A DNA stretch of 64,000 nt from Opitutales bacterium. GTDB lineage: Bacteria > Verrucomicrobiota > Verrucomicrobiia > Opitutales > UBA953. Where the stretch lies: NCBI GenBank assembly GCA_040398005.1, contig JBBAUX010000002.1, positions 114,798-178,797 on the forward strand, read 5' to 3'. The notes under the pieces are model-generated. The model was given only the letters and a program-made list of their open reading frames with translations, was not told the origin of the DNA and searched no databases. Both the position numbers and the translations under genes were made by a program. Below are positions 1 to 9,855 of this stretch, in pieces. The first letter of the stretch is position 1, and every line of letters starts with the position of its first letter.

Positions 1-1
1 T

Positions 2-349
2 TTACTCACTGCAGCAGGATTTTCTTTTGAAGAATACGGCCGAAACTTCTGGCGTATCAATGCACTGCCGACTTGGTTGAATCCGGAAGACTCCTTAACC
101 TTCATCCGAGATTTATTGGCTGAAATGGCCAGACGTGAAGGTGATTTCGGTAAGCCAGCCTTAGCCTATGATGCCTTGGCTCGCCTGGCGGTTATTAAAG
201 CTCGGAAAAAAGGCGATGCATTATCCGACCACGAACTTTTACAGTTAGTGCATAAACTTTTCCAAACATCTCAGCCCGGAGTCGACCCACGTGGACATAA
301 GACTTATCTTGAGTGGACCGATGCTGATTTTACCCGTCGCCTAAGTTAA
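2..349 (+). CDS. mutL: DNA mismatch repair protein MutL, C-terminal part (5' truncated by window edge)
   Basis: Frame open from base 2: LLTAAGFSFEEYGRNFWRINALPTWL...KKGDALSDHELLQLVHKLF..P..DPRG, the MutL_C layout (GF..E.FG...+.A+P; G..L...E...L+..L). Confidence 0.8.
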   Translation, partial: LLTAAGFSFEEYGRNFWRINALPTWLNPEDSLTFIRDLLAEMARREGDFGKPALAYDALARLAVIKARKKGDALSDHELLQLVHKLFQTSQPGVDPRGHKTYLEWTDADFTRRLS

Positions 350-351
350 AA

Positions 352-2337
352 TTAGCGTCGGCCCTTCGGACGTTTTTTTGCCGTCGCTGGCTTGCCCGTG
401 CGAAGGGCTTCAATCTGATCTCTCAGTTGAGCCGCCTTTTCGAATTGTAGCTCGTCGGCTGCTTCTAACATTTCCGTTTCTAAATCAGCCAACACATGGG
501 CAATGTCGCGGTCACTCGTGCCTTCAGTGACTTCTAAAATTTCCTCTTCTTCATCCACGAGGCTTTCTTCAATAGCCCGAACCGTGCTCTTCGGTGTGAT
601 TCCGTGTTTGAGGTTGTAGGCGGCCTGACGTTTACGTCGATCACCACAAATGGTTAACGCCTTAGTAATCGATTTAGTCATGACGTCTGCGTACAATAAG
701 ACTTTACCTTCTAAATGTCGTGCCGCCCGACCCGAGGTCTGAATTAAGCTGGTTTCACTACGTAAAAATCCTTCTTTGTCTGCGTCGAGAATTCCGACGA
801 GTGCCACTTCCGGAAGGTCGAGTCCTTCACGCAGAAGATTTACTCCGACGAGTACGTCAAATTTTCCGGCCCGCAGTCGACGTAATATTTCAACGCGCTC
901 AATGGCGTCGATATCGGAGTGAAGATATTCAACCTTGAGTCCGCTCTCTCTCATGAATTGCGAGAGGTCTTCTGACATCCGTTTCGTTAAAGTGGTTACG
1001 AGCGTACGATAGCCTCTAGCGGCTACGGCCTTGGCTTCACCGATAATGTCTTCGACCTGACCTTTGATAGGTCTGACTTCCATGACCGGATCAAGAAGTC
1101 CGGTCGGTCTGATGACTTGTTCGGCGATAACAGTGGAAACTTTATACTCATGAGCGGCAGGCGTTGCCGAAACGTAAATCGTCTGACCTGAAATAGTATC
1201 AAACTCCTCGGGCCGTAGGGGGCGATTCTCCATCGCCGAGGGTAGACGGAATCCGAAGTCTACGAGCTTTTCTTTCCGTGCTCGGTCACCGTGATACATC
1301 CCGCCGATTTGGGAAACGGAAACGTGGCTTTCATCAATGAATATGAGCTTATCGTCAGGAAAGAAATCGAGCAAGCAGTGTGGACGTTCACCGGGTTTTC
1401 GGCCCGACATGTGCATCGAATAGTTTTCAATACCCGAACAGAATCCGGTTTCACGCAGCATCTCGAGATCATGTTCAACACGCATCCGAATCCGCTGCGC
1501 TTCCACGAGTCGGTTAGCTTTTTCAAAAGTAGCGACCCGCTCTTCAAGTTCGCTACGAATAGCCTCGGCAGCGGTTTTTACACGAGCGGCGGAGGTGACA
1601 TACTGATTCGCTGGATAGAGATCGAATTTATCCAAGGACTTTCCTGCTTTTAAAGTTATCGCATCGAGTTCACGAATATTTTCTAAAGTATCGCCCCAGA
1701 ACTCTAAGCGAATAGCTGACTCCATGTACGCGGGCCAGATATCAATCGTTTCACCGCGTGCTCGGAAATTACACCGTTCTAAAATCGCATCATTTCGTGA
1801 GTACTGATTGTTTACCAGTCGGGTTAGTAGATCATCACGTTTAATGACTAGTCCCTTGTGCAGGGGAATCATCAACGCCAGGAAGTCTTCGGGTGAGCCT
1901 AATCCGTAGATACAAGAAACGGAGGCAATCACGATGACATCGCGTCGGGAGAGTAGGGCGCTGCTCGCACTGATCCGTAAACGTTCTATATCCTCATTAA
2001 TGGCCGAGTCTTTCTCAATAAATGTATCGGTCGAAGGAACGTAAGCTTCGGGCTGATAGTAATCGTAGTAACTGACAAAGTATTCGACGGCGTTTTCGGG
2101 GAAAAAGTTTTTAAACTCGGAATAAAGTTGGGCCGCTAAAGTCTTATTATGTGAAACAATCAGCGCCGGACGCTGTTGGCGGGCGATGATATTCGCCATG
2201 GTGAAGGTTTTTCCGGAGCCGGTGACCCCGAGTAAAGTCTGACGAAGATTTCCCGCTTCGATGGATTTATTTAAAGCGTCAATCGCCCCAGGCTGATCGC
2301 CGGCGGGGACATAGTTAGACTTTAAACGAAACTCCAT
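352..2337 (-). CDS. uvrB: Excinuclease ABC subunit B
   Basis: GDQP, GVTGSGKT, FVSYYDYYQPEAY, DESH, NLLREGLDLPEV, C-terminal UVR coiled coil. Confidence 0.98.
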   Translation of the reverse strand: MEFRLKSNYVPAGDQPGAIDALNKSIEAGNLRQTLLGVTGSGKTFTMANIIARQQRPALIVSHNKTLAAQLYSEFKNFFPENAVEYFVSYYDYYQPEAYVPSTDTFIEKDSAINEDIERLRISASSALLSRRDVIVIASVSCIYGLGSPEDFLALMIPLHKGLVIKRDDLLTRLVNNQYSRNDAILERCNFRARGETIDIWPAYMESAIRLEFWGDTLENIRELDAITLKAGKSLDKFDLYPANQYVTSAARVKTAAEAIRSELEERVATFEKANRLVEAQRIRMRVEHDLEMLRETGFCSGIENYSMHMSGRKPGERPHCLLDFFPDDKLIFIDESHVSVSQIGGMYHGDRARKEKLVDFGFRLPSAMENRPLRPEEFDTISGQTIYVSATPAAHEYKVSTVIAEQVIRPTGLLDPVMEVRPIKGQVEDIIGEAKAVAARGYRTLVTTLTKRMSEDLSQFMRESGLKVEYLHSDIDAIERVEILRRLRAGKFDVLVGVNLLREGLDLPEVALVGILDADKEGFLRSETSLIQTSGRAARHLEGKVLLYADVMTKSITKALTICGDRRKRQAAYNLKHGITPKSTVRAIEESLVDEEEEILEVTEGTSDRDIAHVLADLETEMLEAADELQFEKAAQLRDQIEALRTGKPATAKKRPKGRR

Positions 2338-2343
2338 ACTGAT

Positions 2344-3009
2344 TTAGAAAATCTTACCTTGCACAATCCACTGAGGATTCACTTCGGATAAATTATTAAC
2401 AATGTGATGAGCGTTATGGGCCAATAAAATTTCGCGGGTATGCGTGGTCGCCAAAGCAATGGTGGTGAAGCCGCCGGCAAGTCCGGCTTGTATTCCCGAG
2501 AAGGAATCTTCGAAGACAAAGGAATTTTTAGGCTCACCGCCCGCGAGCGCACAGGCTTTGAGAAATACTTCCGGGTTGGGTTTTCCTTGGGTCACATCCT
2601 CACTTGATACGGCTCCTTGGAAGTGGTCAGCTAAGTCAAAGAGCTCGAAAGAAAGTGCGAGATTGGCCTTATGGGTGGACGTGCCAATTACACAAGGAAT
2701 GCCCAATGATTTAAGGGCGTTGGTGAGTTCTTTGACCCCTGGGAGTAATCGAATAAGTCCGGTCCGTGCGATGGTACGGTAATGAGCTTCTTTTTTCTCG
2801 GACAGTCGGCGAATTTCTTGAGGGTCTTTGGACCAGCCTAAGATATTGGGAATGATGACTTCATTTAATTTCCCGAATCCTAATTTAAAATGATTGGGGA
2901 CGAGTGGAAGATTTTCTTCCTTGGCTAAACTTTGCCACGCACGCTCGTGGGCGATGGAGGAATCGATGACGACGCCGTCCCAATCAAATACAGCAACGGT
3001 AGATGACAT
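2344..3009 (-). CDS. HAD-superfamily phosphatase (beta-phosphoglucomutase-like)
   Basis: FDWDGVVIDS motif I, GKPNPEVF, FEDS motif IV. Confidence 0.9.
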   Translation of the reverse strand: MSSTVAVFDWDGVVIDSSIAHERAWQSLAKEENLPLVPNHFKLGFGKLNEVIIPNILGWSKDPQEIRRLSEKKEAHYRTIARTGLIRLLPGVKELTNALKSLGIPCVIGTSTHKANLALSFELFDLADHFQGAVSSEDVTQGKPNPEVFLKACALAGGEPKNSFVFEDSFSGIQAGLAGGFTTIALATTHTREILLAHNAHHIVNNLSEVNPQWIVQGKIF

Positions 3010-3011
3010 GA

Positions 3012-4475
3012 TTAATGTTTGTCCCAGGCTAAAGTGACTTTTACTGGACGATGTTCCCAGACATTGAGCGGTTCAAAGATTTGTCCGGGTGCTAAAATAT
3101 TATTAGGGTCCAAGGCTTTCTTGACTGCTATCATCGCTGCAATTTCAGCGGGTGAGTGTTGCAGGCTGAGGAAAGGAGATTTGGCGATGCCGATGCCGTG
3201 CTCGCCGGTGATAGCTCCGCCCAGTTCGACTACTTTCTTCATCACTTCATGGATGGCTTTCTCGGCTTTCTTGCAGTCTTCAGGATTATCCCGATTGTAC
3301 ATGATGTGTACGTGGAAGTTTCCATCGGCGGCGTGACCGAAGGTCGGAGTAGGTAGACCAATCTTATCGCGTACTTCGCGAGTGTATTTAATTAACGCCA
3401 CGTAGCTCTTAAAAGGTACCACGATGTCTTCGTTTAACTTCGCATTCCCGAGGGAATACATGGCCTGTGAGCAGGTGCGGCGAATGTCCCAGAGCTTTTC
3501 CGCTTCAACTTCGTTATCGGTTGCGCGTGAAGCGACGCCAAATTTCTTAATCCACAGGTTAATTTTCACGGCGTCATCCGCGAGTGCCGCAGGATGTCCG
3601 TCGATTTCGACTAATAAAACCGCACACGTTTCTTTGATGCCGCCCAGCTCTTCGGTGGTGAATACCCGGCTGCCGCGTTGTTTTTCTGCGGCTTCAACGG
3701 TTTGCGTATCTAAAAATTCAAAGACCGATGGATTAATTCTTGAACCCATTAATTCAGCAGCTGCTTCGAGCGCACTCTCGTCGGTACGACAGGCAACTAA
3801 GAAGGTGCGACGAGCTAAAGGTTTATTCACGAGTTTGATGGTCGCTTTGGTGATAATTCCTAAGGTGCCTTCGGATCCGATCCAGAGGTCGCGTAAATTA
3901 ATTCCGCTGACAAACTTTCTTAAAGGGGCACCCCATTTTACTTTTTCCCCTGTTGGAAGAAATCCTTCCAGGGCATAGACATGGTCGCGAACAACCCCGT
4001 ATTTTGCGGCTCGAAGTCCTCCTGCGTTCGTCGCGATGTTTCCACCGATACTACAATATTTCAGCGATGAAGGATCAGGTGGAAAAAATAATCCGTATGG
4101 TGCGGCTAAATCATTGATGTGCGCGGTGATGGCTCCTGGTTGTACAGTCGCCATGGCCGAGATAGGATCGATTTCAATTTTGTCCCAGTGATCCAAGTGA
4201 ATAACCCATCCGCCTTTAATGGGAGAACTTGCCCCTGCGTTACCGGTGCCACGTCCGCGCACGGTGACCGGAACTTTATGTTGGTTGGCTAATTTTAAAA
4301 CCGTACCAATATCCTCTTCAACTTTTGGACGAATCACCGCTTCGGGCATGAACGACAAACGCATGTTATCGAAGGACGCAGCGAAGCAGGTTGCTTCATC
4401 TGTAAAAACTCTCTCGGGTCCGAGAAGCTTACTGAGCTCTTGCGTTGCCGCGGGATGAGTTTGAAGTGGAGCCAT
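3012..4475 (-). CDS. FAD-linked 2-hydroxyacid oxidase/dehydrogenase (GlcD/D-lactate dehydrogenase family)
   Basis: PPDPSS, IGGNIATNAGG, GSEGTLGII, GHAADGNFH, GEHGIG. Confidence 0.9.
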   Translation of the reverse strand: MAPLQTHPAATQELSKLLGPERVFTDEATCFAASFDNMRLSFMPEAVIRPKVEEDIGTVLKLANQHKVPVTVRGRGTGNAGASSPIKGGWVIHLDHWDKIEIDPISAMATVQPGAITAHINDLAAPYGLFFPPDPSSLKYCSIGGNIATNAGGLRAAKYGVVRDHVYALEGFLPTGEKVKWGAPLRKFVSGINLRDLWIGSEGTLGIITKATIKLVNKPLARRTFLVACRTDESALEAAAELMGSRINPSVFEFLDTQTVEAAEKQRGSRVFTTEELGGIKETCAVLLVEIDGHPAALADDAVKINLWIKKFGVASRATDNEVEAEKLWDIRRTCSQAMYSLGNAKLNEDIVVPFKSYVALIKYTREVRDKIGLPTPTFGHAADGNFHVHIMYNRDNPEDCKKAEKAIHEVMKKVVELGGAITGEHGIGIAKSPFLSLQHSPAEIAAMIAVKKALDPNNILAPGQIFEPLNVWEHRPVKVTLAWDKH

Positions 4476-4495
4476 CGCTCACCCATCAAGCACGA

Positions 4496-6439
4496 TTAGC
4501 CTAATTCTGCAAGCCACGCCGTGGCTTCCGCATCCGAAGGCATACGCCAATCGCCACGCGGGGAAAGGGCGACCGAGCCGACTTTTGGCCCGTCTGGCAT
4601 TGAAGAACGCTTATATTGCTGGCTGAAGAAGCGAGTCAGGAAGGTTTTTAGCCAATATTTAATTTCCACCGTATCGTACTTACCGGCGAAGGCATGTTCC
4701 GTGAGCCAAAGAACTTTAGCCGGGCGGAATCCATTGCGAATAAAGTGGAAGAGGAAGAAATCGTGTAACTCATAAGGGCCAACTAAGAGCTCGGTTTGTT
4801 GAGTCATTTCACCGTTAGTTCCGATAGGTAAAAGTTCGGGGCTAACGGGTGTGGCGACAATGTCTTCGAGCAGAGCACGTTCATGACCGACGTGACGTGC
4901 GTGGGCGGCCCACGAGACCAAGTGTTTAACTAAAGTTTTAGGTACGCCGATGTTTACATGGTACATCGACATGTGATCCGCGTTGAATGTGCACCAACCG
5001 AGAGCGGCTTCCGAGAGGTCACCCGTACCCACGACTAAACCTTGGGTTTGATTAGCGATATCCATGAGCACTTGAGTGCGTTCACGTGCTTGCGCGTTTT
5101 CAAAAGTAATATCGAATTTACCAGTCGGGTGTTCGATGTCTTTAAGGTGATTATCAACCGCACTACCAATAGGGATTTCACGTGCAGTGATGCCGAGTGC
5201 ATCCATCAATTTACGTGCATTGATACGTGTGCGCTCGGTTGTGCCAGGTCCAGGCAAAGTGACGCCGATGATTCCTTTCCGATCTAAACCCAAGCGACCA
5301 AACGCTTCGAGCATGACTAAAAGTGCGAGCGTAGAATCGAGTCCGCCCGAAACTCCGATGACAGCATGCTTGACTCCCGTGTGACGGAGACGACGTGCTA
5401 AGCCTGTAGATTGAATCGCAAAAATTTCCTGACTGTTTTCGTCGCGACGTTGAGCGTCCGATGGCACGAAGGGATGTTGTGAGAAACGACGACGGAGTTT
5501 GGGCGTAGTGCCGGCCGGATGTTTAACTTCGAAACTAATGAAGCGCGGTTGGTACGAAGGAATCTGCCCGAAGAAAGTGCTATTGCGGCGACGTTCGGCC
5601 TGCAATTTGTCGACATCGACCTGCGATACTAACAGGGATAATTCGAAGCGAAAACGCTCAGATTCACCAAGAATTAAGCCATTTTCAGCAATTAAGCCGT
5701 GTCCGCTGTACACGACATCGGTACTCGATTCTCCTGCGCCCGCCGCAGCGTAAATGTAAGCAGCTAAGCAACGAGCCGATTGCGAACGCACGAGATCGCG
5801 ACGATAATTTGCTTTGGTGAGAAGTTCGTCACTCGCCGAAAGATTACAGAGGAGGGTGGCACCGGCTAAAGCTTGCGCACCGCTCGGAGGTTCGACTGCC
5901 CAGAGGTCTTCGCAGAGTTCAATTCCGACTACGCAATCTGGAACATCTTTAGCTTGGAAAAGTAAATCGATACCGAAGGGAACTTTTTTTCCAAATAATT
6001 CTACTTCTTGAAAATGAGCGACGCGACTCGAAGCGAACCAACGTTGTTCGTAAAATTCGCCCGAGTTAGGTAAGTGAGTTTTGGGAACCACACCTAAAAT
6101 ATTTCCGTGCGAGACGAAGACACCGACGTTGTAGAGTCGTCCCGAAATTTCTAGAGGCAACCCGATGAGGGCCGTGAGGGAGAGTCGAGCAGTCGCTTCG
6201 GCGATCTTGGAGAGTCCGGCGAGGGCACTGTTAAGCAGAGTTCGTTGGCCGAATAAGTCACCGCAGCTGTAACCCGTGAGGCAAAGTTCAGGTAGCACGA
6301 CGATTTCAGATCCTTCGGCTGCTGCCTTCTCGAGCGCTTGGATAATGTGCTGGGCATTGGCTGCAGGATCGCCCAGCCGCAGGGCTGGGGAGGCGGCTGC
6401 AACGGTTACAAAACCGAATGGATGTGTACTTTTTGCCAT
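4496..6439 (-). CDS. nadE: Glutamine-dependent NAD+ synthetase
   Basis: N-terminal nitrilase-type domain (PEL, ELCEDLW) plus GVSGGLDST, ENAQARER, GTGDLSE; start set at MAKSTHPFGF. Confidence 0.95.
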   Translation of the reverse strand: MAKSTHPFGFVTVAAASPALRLGDPAANAQHIIQALEKAAAEGSEIVVLPELCLTGYSCGDLFGQRTLLNSALAGLSKIAEATARLSLTALIGLPLEISGRLYNVGVFVSHGNILGVVPKTHLPNSGEFYEQRWFASSRVAHFQEVELFGKKVPFGIDLLFQAKDVPDCVVGIELCEDLWAVEPPSGAQALAGATLLCNLSASDELLTKANYRRDLVRSQSARCLAAYIYAAAGAGESSTDVVYSGHGLIAENGLILGESERFRFELSLLVSQVDVDKLQAERRRNSTFFGQIPSYQPRFISFEVKHPAGTTPKLRRRFSQHPFVPSDAQRRDENSQEIFAIQSTGLARRLRHTGVKHAVIGVSGGLDSTLALLVMLEAFGRLGLDRKGIIGVTLPGPGTTERTRINARKLMDALGITAREIPIGSAVDNHLKDIEHPTGKFDITFENAQARERTQVLMDIANQTQGLVVGTGDLSEAALGWCTFNADHMSMYHVNIGVPKTLVKHLVSWAAHARHVGHERALLEDIVATPVSPELLPIGTNGEMTQQTELLVGPYELHDFFLFHFIRNGFRPAKVLWLTEHAFAGKYDTVEIKYWLKTFLTRFFSQQYKRSSMPDGPKVGSVALSPRGDWRMPSDAEATAWLAELG

Positions 6440-6524
6440 TTTTGGCGCGGTAACGCGTATGTTCACCGTTGACCCTTGGCGAGGCAACCCGAAAGGTTTA
6501 CCCATCCCTCGTTTTGGGGCTGAT

Positions 6525-7478
6525 ATGTCAAAAATGTCACTAAAAGAAGTCACTGTTTTCTCCCCCGCCACGGTCGCAAACGTGGCGTGCGGATTCGACG
6601 TGCTTGGTTTCGCCATCGAGAAGCCGGGCGACGAAATTGTTGTCCGTCGATCCGATAAGCCTGGATTCCGCATCACCAAGATTACCGGTGATGATGGCCG
6701 ACTGCCCTTAGAGCCCAAATTAAATACTGCGGGTGTTGCTGTACTCGATCTGCTTCGTCACCTCGGTTTGGGTGACATCGGTATCGAAATGGAGATACAC
6801 AAGAAGATGCCTTTCGGCAGCGGACTCGGTTCCAGCGCTGCCAGTGCGGTGGCTGGTGCCTTCGCGGTAAATCATTTACTCGGTGAACCTCTTACCCGAC
6901 GTCAACTTTTACCATTCGTCGTTGCGGGTGAAGCTGCCGCTGATGGCGCCTGGCATGCCGACAATGTGGGTCCGTGTTTATTGGGCGGAATCACTTTAAT
7001 TCGTTCGAACGCAGAACTCGATGTTCATAATATTCCGATCCCTAATAATCTTTGGGCAGCGGTCGTGCATCCTGACATCGTGGTGCTGACGAAGGTCGCG
7101 CGCGAAATCATGCCTCGTCACGTCCAATTAGAAACTGCGATTCAACAAAGCGGAAACTTAGGTGGATTGATTTCTGGTCTGTACCAAAGTGATTACGCTT
7201 TAATCGGTCGATCGTTGCATGATGCGATTGCTGAACCGCACCGTCAGCGTCTCATTCCTGAATTTTATCGTGCGAAGCGCGTAGCAATGTCTGCTGGTGC
7301 ACTAGGATTTTCCATCTCTGGTGCGGGCCCGAGCGTTTTTGCACTCTGTGAAGGTGAGAAGGTTGCCCAGGAAGTCGCTAAAGCAGTGACCGAGGTTTTT
7401 GCATCGGTACCGATTAAGGCAACTCCCTACGTTTCACGTATCAATCCTAAGGGCGTCCATGTCATCTCCGAAAAATAA
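6525..7478 (+). CDS. thrB: Homoserine kinase
   Basis: PATVANVACGFDVLG, MPFGSGLGSSAAS (GHMP kinase), HADNV, ISGAGPS; start ATG 6525 (or 6534). Confidence 0.95.
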   Translation: MSKMSLKEVTVFSPATVANVACGFDVLGFAIEKPGDEIVVRRSDKPGFRITKITGDDGRLPLEPKLNTAGVAVLDLLRHLGLGDIGIEMEIHKKMPFGSGLGSSAASAVAGAFAVNHLLGEPLTRRQLLPFVVAGEAAADGAWHADNVGPCLLGGITLIRSNAELDVHNIPIPNNLWAAVVHPDIVVLTKVAREIMPRHVQLETAIQQSGNLGGLISGLYQSDYALIGRSLHDAIAEPHRQRLIPEFYRAKRVAMSAGALGFSISGAGPSVFALCEGEKVAQEVAKAVTEVFASVPIKATPYVSRINPKGVHVISEK

Positions 7479-8784
7479 GTTAGAATTTATTTCCACTGCC
7501 GATGCTTCACAAAGTGCCTCATTGCGTGAGGTCCTACTTTCATCGATGCCAGGGAAGGGCGGACTGTGGGTGCCGAAAGTCATTCCACAAATCACGCCCG
7601 ACTTCATTGAGCAGCATCGTAACGACACTTATGCGCAACTCGCCGAAGCCGTCATCGCTCCTTATTTTGCGGATGAGCTGGGCCCCGATGTTTTAAAGCG
7701 TCTTTGTAATGAGGCTTTTAATTTCCCTGTACCACTGATTTATCCTGAGGGTTATCAAGGTAAACCGGAGAGTGTGATTAGTGTCTTAGAATTATTTCAA
7801 GGCCCATCCGCAGCCTTTAAAGATTTTGCCGTACGACTACTGGTACGTATTACCGCGCATGTCTTAGGAAAAGATTTTCCAGAACTCACCATCCTCGCAG
7901 CGACATCGGGCGATACCGGTGGTGCGGTGACTGAAGCTTGTGCTAACGTTCCCGGTGTTCGTGCCGTGGTTCTTTATCCGCGAATCGGTGTGAGCACGGT
8001 GCAGGAATCGCAAATTGCACGCCGCCGCCCCGGTGTCGTAGCTATTTCCGTAGATGGTACGTTTGATGACTGTCAGGCCTTAGTAAAACGTGCCTTAGCT
8101 GATCAAGCACTCAGTCAGCGCCGTCCCTTACTCACGGCTAATTCCATCAATCCTGTTCGTCTGATTGCCCAGGTTCCTTTTGCTTTCCATGTCCGTCGCC
8201 TGTTGGCCAAAAATCAGCGCCTCGCGATTATTGTTCCCTCGGGTAATTTAGGAAATGTAGGCGCGGTTCAATTGGCTCGTCGCATGGGCTTGCCGGTCGA
8301 CTCGTTAATCGCTGCGACCAATATAAATTCTCCGCTACCCGATTTATTTGCGACCGGTAAGTATCAAGCTCGTCGTTCCACTCCGACCGCTTCGAATGCG
8401 ATGGATATTGGTGACCCCAATAATTTACCACGTCTCTTAGCTTGGAACCAAGGTGGACCTGCCGTGCATGCCGTGACGGTGACTGACGCTGAAACGCTCG
8501 ATGTGATGCGTCGCGTTCGTGACCAAGGTGGATATGTTGTATGTCCGCACACCGCCGTCGGTTGGAAAGCAGCCGAAGATTATATTAAAAATAATCAGAA
8601 CACTCAGGTCGTGGTCTTTGGCACGGCACACCCTGCTAAGTTTCCTGAAATTTTAGAACAAGCCTTCGGCGATCGCAACGCTTCCACTTTCCCATACGCA
8701 TTACCAGCTCCTGAGCCATTGCGTACGGGCAATGATTACGAAGCGATTCGTACGATTTTAGAATCCGAAGCCGGCTTCAGATAA
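7459..8784 (+). CDS. thrC: Threonine synthase
   Basis: ELFQGPSAAFKDF (PLP Lys), ATSGDTG, NSIN, VPSGNLGN, TAHPAKF; overlaps thrB end. Confidence 0.93.
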   Translation: MSSPKNKLEFISTADASQSASLREVLLSSMPGKGGLWVPKVIPQITPDFIEQHRNDTYAQLAEAVIAPYFADELGPDVLKRLCNEAFNFPVPLIYPEGYQGKPESVISVLELFQGPSAAFKDFAVRLLVRITAHVLGKDFPELTILAATSGDTGGAVTEACANVPGVRAVVLYPRIGVSTVQESQIARRRPGVVAISVDGTFDDCQALVKRALADQALSQRRPLLTANSINPVRLIAQVPFAFHVRRLLAKNQRLAIIVPSGNLGNVGAVQLARRMGLPVDSLIAATNINSPLPDLFATGKYQARRSTPTASNAMDIGDPNNLPRLLAWNQGGPAVHAVTVTDAETLDVMRRVRDQGGYVVCPHTAVGWKAAEDYIKNNQNTQVVVFGTAHPAKFPEILEQAFGDRNASTFPYALPAPEPLRTGNDYEAIRTILESEAGFR

Positions 8785-8922
8785 TTACTTCTGAGCGTTT
8801 TCAACTGGAGCTTTAGTGGCTTCAGCTTTGGCGCCGTCTTTTTTCTGAGGGGCTTCGATGACGACGATGCAACCTGACAGTGCTAACGCGATTAAAGAGA
8901 AGAAGAGGGCGGACAGTTTCAT
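8785..8922 (-). CDS. Small 45-aa lipoprotein (absent from ORF track)
   Basis: Translated by hand: MKLSALFFSLIALALSGCIVVIEAPQKKDGAKAEATKAPVENAQK*; MK + hydrophobic core + LSGC lipobox; fills the gap between exbD and thrC. Confidence 0.75.
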   Translation of the reverse strand: MKLSALFFSLIALALSGCIVVIEAPQKKDGAKAEATKAPVENAQK

Positions 8923-8940
8923 ATTTGTTATAAAAATTAT

Positions 8941-9384
8941 TTATTCTGGTTCAGCAACCGAGAAGGTGATGTTGCTGATGTCGGCGCGTGCTAAAATATC
9001 GAGAACATTGATGACTCTCTCATAACGGGCCGCTTCCTCGGCTTGTACGGTGATCAGAAGTTTAGTCTTAGATTGTTTAGCGGCTTGGGCCATCTTGGTC
9101 ATCTCATTGAAGAGACCTTCCAGTTCGCGGTCCTGCGGCTGACCTACCGGATCTTCGTTGATGGTGATTTGTCCATTCTCTGCGACACCGATGGTAACTT
9201 CATCAGGCATTTCGGTTTCTTTGGCAGTCTCTGCATTGCCTGGTAGAGTCGTTTTTAATTCATGTTCCACTTTGACGGCACCGGCCATGACCATGAAGAA
9301 AAGCATGATGACGAAGACCACGTCGATCATTGGGGCGATTTGGAATCCGGCATCCGATGGAGTTTCTTGAGGGGCGAGGCGCAT
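8941..9384 (-). CDS. ExbD/TolR family biopolymer transport protein
   Basis: FQIAPMIDVVFVIMLFFMV TM segment with conserved Asp; C-terminal periplasmic domain. Confidence 0.92.
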   Translation of the reverse strand: MRLAPQETPSDAGFQIAPMIDVVFVIMLFFMVMAGAVKVEHELKTTLPGNAETAKETEMPDEVTIGVAENGQITINEDPVGQPQDRELEGLFNEMTKMAQAAKQSKTKLLITVQAEEAARYERVINVLDILARADISNITFSVAEPE

Positions 9385-9386
9385 TT

Positions 9387-9827
9387 TTATTCGTCGCGGT
9401 TGAGGCCGGAGAAGGCGATGTTATCGATGCCAGCTTCCGCACCCCATTCGAGTGCTTTGGAAATAAATTTGGCCTGACATTGGCGATCGGCGCGAATGAG
9501 CAGTCGGAATTTTTCGTTGGTACCTTTGCGGGCAGCGAGTTCTTTAGAAATGCCGTCCTTGTCGTTGATATCTAGCTCGCGGTCATCGAGTTTGTATTTG
9601 GCCTGACCCGTACTCGCGTCCCAAGAAATATTAATCAAACCGGCAGCAGCTTTGTCGTCGCGTTTTACCCCATGGACGGCGACGGGGAGTTTAATATTTT
9701 TATCGACCTTCAAGACTTGGGCTGAGGTGATGGACATGAAGAAAATCAGTAAGACCAGGAGCACGTCGATCATCGGTGCTACTTGGAATTCTGGTTCTCC
9801 GTCCCCGCCTCCGCCTCCTCCTGCCAT
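9387..9827 (-). CDS. ExbD/TolR family biopolymer transport protein
   Basis: FQVAPMIDVLLVLLIFFM with conserved Asp; LLIRAD motif. Confidence 0.92.
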   Translation of the reverse strand: MAGGGGGGDGEPEFQVAPMIDVLLVLLIFFMSITSAQVLKVDKNIKLPVAVHGVKRDDKAAAGLINISWDASTGQAKYKLDDRELDINDKDGISKELAARKGTNEKFRLLIRADRQCQAKFISKALEWGAEAGIDNIAFSGLNRDE

Positions 9828-9855
9828 AGTAAGTCTTAGTGTTTAAGGGGTGAAC

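Noticed and set aside
6276..6718. Long overlapping N-terminal extensions of nadE and thrB in the ORF track
   Set aside because: Each extension is the antisense of the other gene; recognisable domains start at 6439 (nadE) and 6525/6534 (thrB)
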